NCBI GenBank assembly: GCA_964199315.1
Contig: OZ116698.1
Coordinates: 36,704,001 to 36,768,000 of the forward strand
Direction of reading: 5' to 3'
Source of the DNA: Orbicella franksi
Taxonomy: Eukaryota
DNA length: 64,000 nucleotides
The translations under genes were made by a program, and so were the position numbers. Under the pieces are notes generated by a model. That model saw only the letters and a list, made by a program, of their open reading frames with translations, did not search any database and was not told the origin of the DNA. The stretch's first letter is position 1, and every line of letters starts with the position of its first letter. Of this stretch, positions 58,701-64,000 are shown one piece after another.

Positions 58701-61700
58701 TATTTTGAGTGTTATATTTTCACTTTTTTCTATTTCCAGCCTAATTCTTTAATTGCTCCTGTTTTCATTACACACTGTTAAACTATTGTTTGCTCATAGA
58801 TCTATTGGCATTCTTGTAAACTGACGATGGATGACGTTTCATTCCAATGTCTTGTTAATATAATATGAATTTAAAACACATCGTGTGGTTTCTGAAAGCT
58901 GTATAATTGTATTTAATTTACAAATTTTCAACACAAAATTATATGCTTTTTAAAATCTCAGCGTTATTCTTAAAATATTCTTAAAATTTTGGAAATTTCA
59001 GCCTCGATATTCTTATAAAAAAGAGAGAGTGTGTCAAGGGTGACTGTGTGTACGCACGGATAGGAACAATTAGCCGCAGGAAGAAAATTGCAAAAGTCAG
59101 GTTCAATCGAGGAGAGAGTCGGCGCCATTCCCGTCATTAGAAGAAGTCAATTAACAGATTTCGTCAAAAGATTAAAACGTTTGGAGTTTGGAGTTTGTTG
59201 CTACAGATGTTGAGAAGGAATCGCCAAGCATGAATATGATCAGGCATGGCCATTCATAACAAATTTCCAAATTGTACAAGTTTGTATGGTACAGCGTGAC
59301 TGAATGTTAGAAACATTCCGGGAAAAAAAATAGCCTCACGCTGTATTGGCAGATGGAATCGAAATTGAGAACATTTCAAACTCAATATTTCCACCATTTT
59401 CCTTTCCTTTTTATAGGATTGTAGAGCGGGGTTAAACTTTTGTGACGAGCTAGAAGCGTCTGCATTTCGTTCCGCCATAAAGGAGAGAATCAAAGAGTTT
59501 AAAAGAAAACGTCAAGGTTGGTAGAAATCAAGGCCCAAACCGCACGTATCCGGATATTTTTGACTTTCCGGATTCAAAAATTTCCCCGTCCACACGTAGC
59601 GTATTCAAATCGAATTCGCCTGTCCACACGCACCCGATGGTATCCGGATTCACTCTAGAGAAACTAGGCCTACACGTTGTGCCGCCACTGTATTGGTTTA
59701 TTGTTGGGTAAGAGACTGGACAAGATTTTGTTACGTCATCGGATTCGAAAATATCCGGATTCACCGTCCACACGTTATCGGATATGATTCGTTTCGGATT
59801 TAGTTTTTCCACCCTGGAGAGCGGGTTCAAAAATATCCGGATTCGCTGCCAAATTCGCCGGATGCGTGAGGACGGGGACTAAGCTATATTTCTTGTTTTA
59901 GAGCTTCTTAAATCGCGCACCTTCCTGAAGAGAAAGAGAACATATCAGAGAGATCCTGTATTCTAACCAATAGAGAAATTAGAAACTATCCTCTTTGATT
60001 TTGCCTCGCCACAAATCGTCGAGTAATTTGGGTGTCATAAAGCATTTTAATTTCTTAAACGTCGCTTGCCTCATAAGGTTTTCTGTTTACCTGTTAAAAA
60101 TGTTAAATTGAGTTTTAGTTTCAATAAGCTTTGAACTGCGTCAAAAACCGCAGGCAACGTGGGTAAACCAATCAAGGCAATTATGATTTATTTAAACCAA
60201 CCAGCGACAAAATCATAATCGATCGTGAACATTTTCCCGTACTTGGCACGAGTTGCACACTTGTGCTTCCCATTATGATTGGTTCTGATTGGTTAGCTGC
60301 GTCATCGTCATCGTCATCGCATCTGGCTGTGATCAGCCGATTGTGATAAGGTACGGACCATTATATTTTTAAGGGGCGGGATTAGGCAATTTTCTGTGGC
60401 ATGAAATTTTTTTCTTACCCTCATAAATTTTTTTTTTTTGGGGGGGGGGGGGGGAAATTGCCCAGTCCCCTTCACCCTCTTTCCCCTCTCCCCCCTCAAA
60501 ATATTGATGGTCCATCTCTAACTTTGTTGTTTTGTTTTCTTTGAGTTTACACAGCCTGCTTCGCAGAAGCTGGGTAAATTTACGTCTGCAACGCAGGCTA
60601 AGTGCACACAGCCAAAAATCTGGACTATTACAATTATCATTGATTGCACTGTTGTTGTCACGCACTTCGACTAGCGTTACGAAATCTCTCAATCTACTGT
60701 CACGCTTTTCAGAGGCTCGTGAACGCAAAGTGCTGGCTCAGCAACAAATGCAGATGCAACAGATGCAAATGCAACAAATGCAGCAAATGCAGCAAATGCA
60801 GCAAATGCAACAAATGCAACAATGGCAGAAAATGCATCAACTGCAGAAAATGCAGTCCATGGTTGGAGGTCCTATGGGACGAGGCGTCCAGATGGTTCGG
60901 TACCAGGCTATTCCCAGCCGCGCTCCGTTTGCTCAATCAAGAATGATGAGGCCACAGGCATCCCAAATGATGGGCCGTAAGAAAGAAATATCACAATATT
61001 ACTATTAAGTAGAGTGTTGTAATGTATTTAAGGCCTAACTGAAAGAGTTGGACGAGATACCTGGCATAACGTCATGGCGTTGTACAGATGGCCTGTGAAA
61101 GAGAGAGTACCCCCTTTAATTAGTTCGTACGTTTTCCCCCCATATTCCGAGTATCACTGGCTGGTCCCGAGGGAAACACCGACTTAATAGCTTTCTCGGT
61201 GTAGTTTACTCATTTAAGGCTCATGATTGTGAAAAGCATACTGTCCAAGTCTGCTTCATAAAGACTCCAACAGAAAAGTGAACGGACAGAAGAAACCCTT
61301 CAATAAAGCTATATTTTGGCCAAACAATTGAGATGGTATTGAAGGTGTTCTTGGTTGAAAAGGATTACAGTCCTTGTGCTATTTTGTGATTGGGGGCGAA
61401 AATTCTGGGATATAAATGAGGTTCAAGACAAGACCTAAGCTATGGTGAATGGCCAGTGGTGAACAAAAATGAAAAGCTGTTTCTTGTTAATTAAGACGAC
61501 AGAGATAAATTGTGTTCTTCTTCTTGCATTGAGCGTTATCCTGTTAGCATAATGTTAGACTTGTGGAGGTTACTACTCACTACTTCTTTTGACTGGGTGC
61601 AGTTCAGTACGTCTTAAAAATGAATTATACAGCTTGTCGCGCACTAAAACTTCAACGATCGATGAAAGTACAATGAAGAGACGAACATTAGATATGTTCT

Positions 61701-63494
61701 AACTGCTGGGATCGTGCTAGGCCTTCTCTTGATTTGTCCGCTGTGGTGCCGGTCCCGTTACCTCGCAAAACCGTTATATCAAATAATGTTATCTCCAAAC
61801 ACATTGATCGTTACGTAACGCGTCTCGCGGCAAAAGATGTTACGTGACATCTAAAGCTTGCACTAATGACACTTATGATGCTGTACATTTAATCTAGCTC
61901 GTCCCAGATCACCGGGACCAATGCGCGGACAAATGGCGCCCCCGGCGCGGAGAGGAATGCCAAGAGGAATGGCACCAACTCGGAACATCGGCGCCTCGCC
62001 AATGGCTACCGTCCAAAGGCCCGCTGGACCGCAATCCAGAAGACAGCCGGAAAACAGCGGGCAAAGGAGACCTATAGCACCTATTAACGGTAAGTTTGAC
62101 TTAAAGACACCAGCCAGTTCAGTATGCAAACCACCGAAATTCTATGTCAGTACGTAACAAAGATCCATTATCTTTTTTTCATCCAAGTAACTTGGTTTTA
62201 GTCATAGTCCACGCCAGTCCAATATTCCATCACGTTTTTCACGCAGAGTAGAAACAGTGAGCTAATGGTCGCAGTTGTACGTTATTTGAAAAACATAGGT
62301 CTTGAACAGGCAATTACACTTGTGTTTAATTTGTTATCACCTATGATCAATTGTTTATTTTTCTTATCAGATTCGATGAAGCCTGAAAATGAGGCAGCTC
62401 CAGCTCCATTAAAGAGACGAACGAGAGAAGAAGAGCCTATTTATGAACGTATACCTGCGGGTGATCAATCTGCACAGCAGAAAGGTCAGTGATGGTAAAT
62501 ACGAAACAAACTGAAAGGGATAATGTCAACACAACTTTCACATCAAACCAAACGCACTCTCAGTTCAGAACCAAAGAGGAAGAGAGTCACACTGTTAAAA
62601 TAGCAATGATAAATATTTCATCATCTCGTTACAGCGCATGAAAAGGAAGTTTTTAATGGATTTGTTGGGTTTAGGTTGAACTATTGCTAAGCTCTTTGTT
62701 GTATTAAAAGGAGTACAACACTGTGCGAAAGTTGCCAATTAGATTAAAGATACTCTCTGTCATTTCGGAAAAGAAAAAATCGTAAACATTACCAGAGAGT
62801 ATTTCCCCGCGCTTCATACCGGACGTGGGTACTTTCCCGCGCTGAAAATTTTCCCGTCTTCTTATTGGTAATTTCTTCGACAACATTTACGTTTCTCCTG
62901 ACAGCAGTAGTGGAATCGTCAGACCGTTCTACATTACCTCCAGTTGAGCCAGAGCAAAACAAAACGTCGAAGAAACAGAAGAAAGAGAAGAAAGGTGAAT
63001 AAAAGAAACCAATCATAGAATTAGATCATTCTGAAAGCTCAATTCCTTGACGGTCAAGCTACAAGTACCACTTGTGTTTCAGAATCTTTAAAAGCTCCAA
63101 CAAAAGTAAAAGCTAGTTTTCCGTAACCGGACTTAATAACTTGCTTTTAAATTTCTGATGAACCAATTAATTAATTAACAAAAACAGACGAGAGGAGAAT
63201 ACGACGTTTTGAAGTCATCTTGGCTCCATTATCAAGTGGAGAAAATAACTTTACATGAAATAGTGTGAACGGTATGGAGTCAAGATGACTTCGAAACATT
63301 GTAGTCCCTTTCGCTCGCTTATTTTGTAATTAATTGTATTTCAAAGTGTTTCCTTATCAGGAACGAGTGAGTACAATTTATTTCAGGTTTCTTTAGCGGG
63401 CTTTTTAAGAGGAGCGCAAAAGATTCTGAGAAAGCAAAGGACATCAAAAGGCCAGGCCCTGCTGCAGAGAAATCCATACCAAGCACACAGCAAG
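55786..63494 (+). CDS. WASP/N-WASP-type WH1 (EVH1) domain protein with atypical low-complexity tail; continues beyond right edge
   Basis: Exons 55786-55875, 56564-56704, 57937-58023, 59417-59516 encode WH1 (LLTDRENDMIREILG / SLATGVVQLFLA..RWS..TGVACLVKD..KSYFIRVVD / YWEQELYKQFKY..PTFHTF / DCRAGLNFCDELEASAFRSAI). Phase-1 exons 60713-60976, 61898-62089, 62371-62484, 62905-62994, 63387-63494 follow and are less certain because no homology supports them. Confidence 0.82.
57228..57443. mobile_element. MITE-like element
   Basis: gcatgacgtttacagcagacggtaaacggcaaa / tttgctgtttgccgtttgacgtaacgtcatgc inverted arms. Confidence 0.6.
59532..59879. mobile_element. PIF/Harbinger-like MITE about 15 nt inside a WH1-gene intron
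   Basis: ggccc..cacgtatccgg left; ccggatgcgtgaggacggggac right; caa/taa flanks (TAA-type TSD); many atccgga internal motifs. Confidence 0.75.
60348..60518. mobile_element. MITE-like element with internal poly(T)/poly(G)
   Basis: aaggtacggaccattatattttt / aaaatattgatggtccatctct inverted termini. Confidence 0.55.
60737..60858 (+). repeat. Coding (CAGCAAATG)n repeat encoding polyQ/M
   Basis: QQQMQMQQMQMQQMQQMQQMQQMQQMQQWQKMHQLQKMQSM, in frame with the WH1-gene exon starting at 60713. Confidence 0.85.
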
Positions 63495-64000
63495 GTGAAA
63501 ATCGTGGCGAATCGTAGTTTAAGTTTCTTTCATCTGACGTGGTTGAATGCAAAGAATAATGCTTGTAATGTTTACTAATTCTCAGCTAAGAAGACTACTT
63601 CCAATAGCGAAATATTGGTCGTTTAACCCTTTGAATACCAAACTTTCGCCAAAAAATACCGTTTTTAATAATAGTCAGGTTTTTCAGCTGCCATGACGTT
63701 AAATAAGCCTAAGTTTTGCTAAAAAAGCTTTTTTTTTTACTAAAAGGAGAGATTTTTCGAGGATTAGGTATAAAATTGAGCAAAACTTCAATTACGGGCA
63801 TGCCATTAACCGTTCTCAATTTCGTTTGTTGGACCTTTCCTTTCTGTTTTTCTCTGCCCTTTTACACTGGCTACCTTTTGCATTGTATGTTCTTTCTGGC
63901 TGCAGTGAAAAGTTGGATGTTAATTACGGGCGAAGCCTAGAAATGGACCTTGATCAATCATAGGCGTTGTGGACCATTTTACCACCGTTTTTGAACCAAA

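Noticed and set aside
60545-60580. Micro-exon cag|CCTGCTTCGCAGAAGCTGG|GT in the WH1 gene
   Set aside because: Entered in phase 1 it exits in phase 2, breaking frame with the 60713 exon; unsupported.

Overview
Intron-rich animal genomic DNA, most likely an anthozoan cnidarian such as a stony coral (inferred from gene families, GT-AG exon structure and repeat types). Eight protein-coding loci were reconstructed by hand with phase-consistent splice sites: (1) DMXL/rabconnectin-3 alpha, minus strand, 25 exons, running off the left edge; (2) DTWD2, head-to-head with DMXL, 191 bp between start codons; (3) an intronless 426-aa orphan with a C-terminal glycine-zipper hydrophobic hairpin; (4, 5) two divergently transcribed synaptotagmin-like genes with incomplete Ca2+ ligand sets, one carrying a duplicated in-frame cassette exon; (6) a divergent COUP-TF/NR2F nuclear receptor; (7) an intronless class A GPCR; (8) a WASP-type WH1 protein with an atypical polyQ/M, RG-rich and EPIYE tail, running off the right edge. 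Introns and intergenic DNA hold many MITE-like inverted-repeat elements, four copies of a tRNA-derived CORE-like SINE, an 81-bp higher-order minisatellite, a candidate solo LTR and a 295-N assembly gap. No rRNA, intact tRNA gene, CRISPR array or autonomous transposase was seen. All homology calls are from memory of the families; no searches were run.
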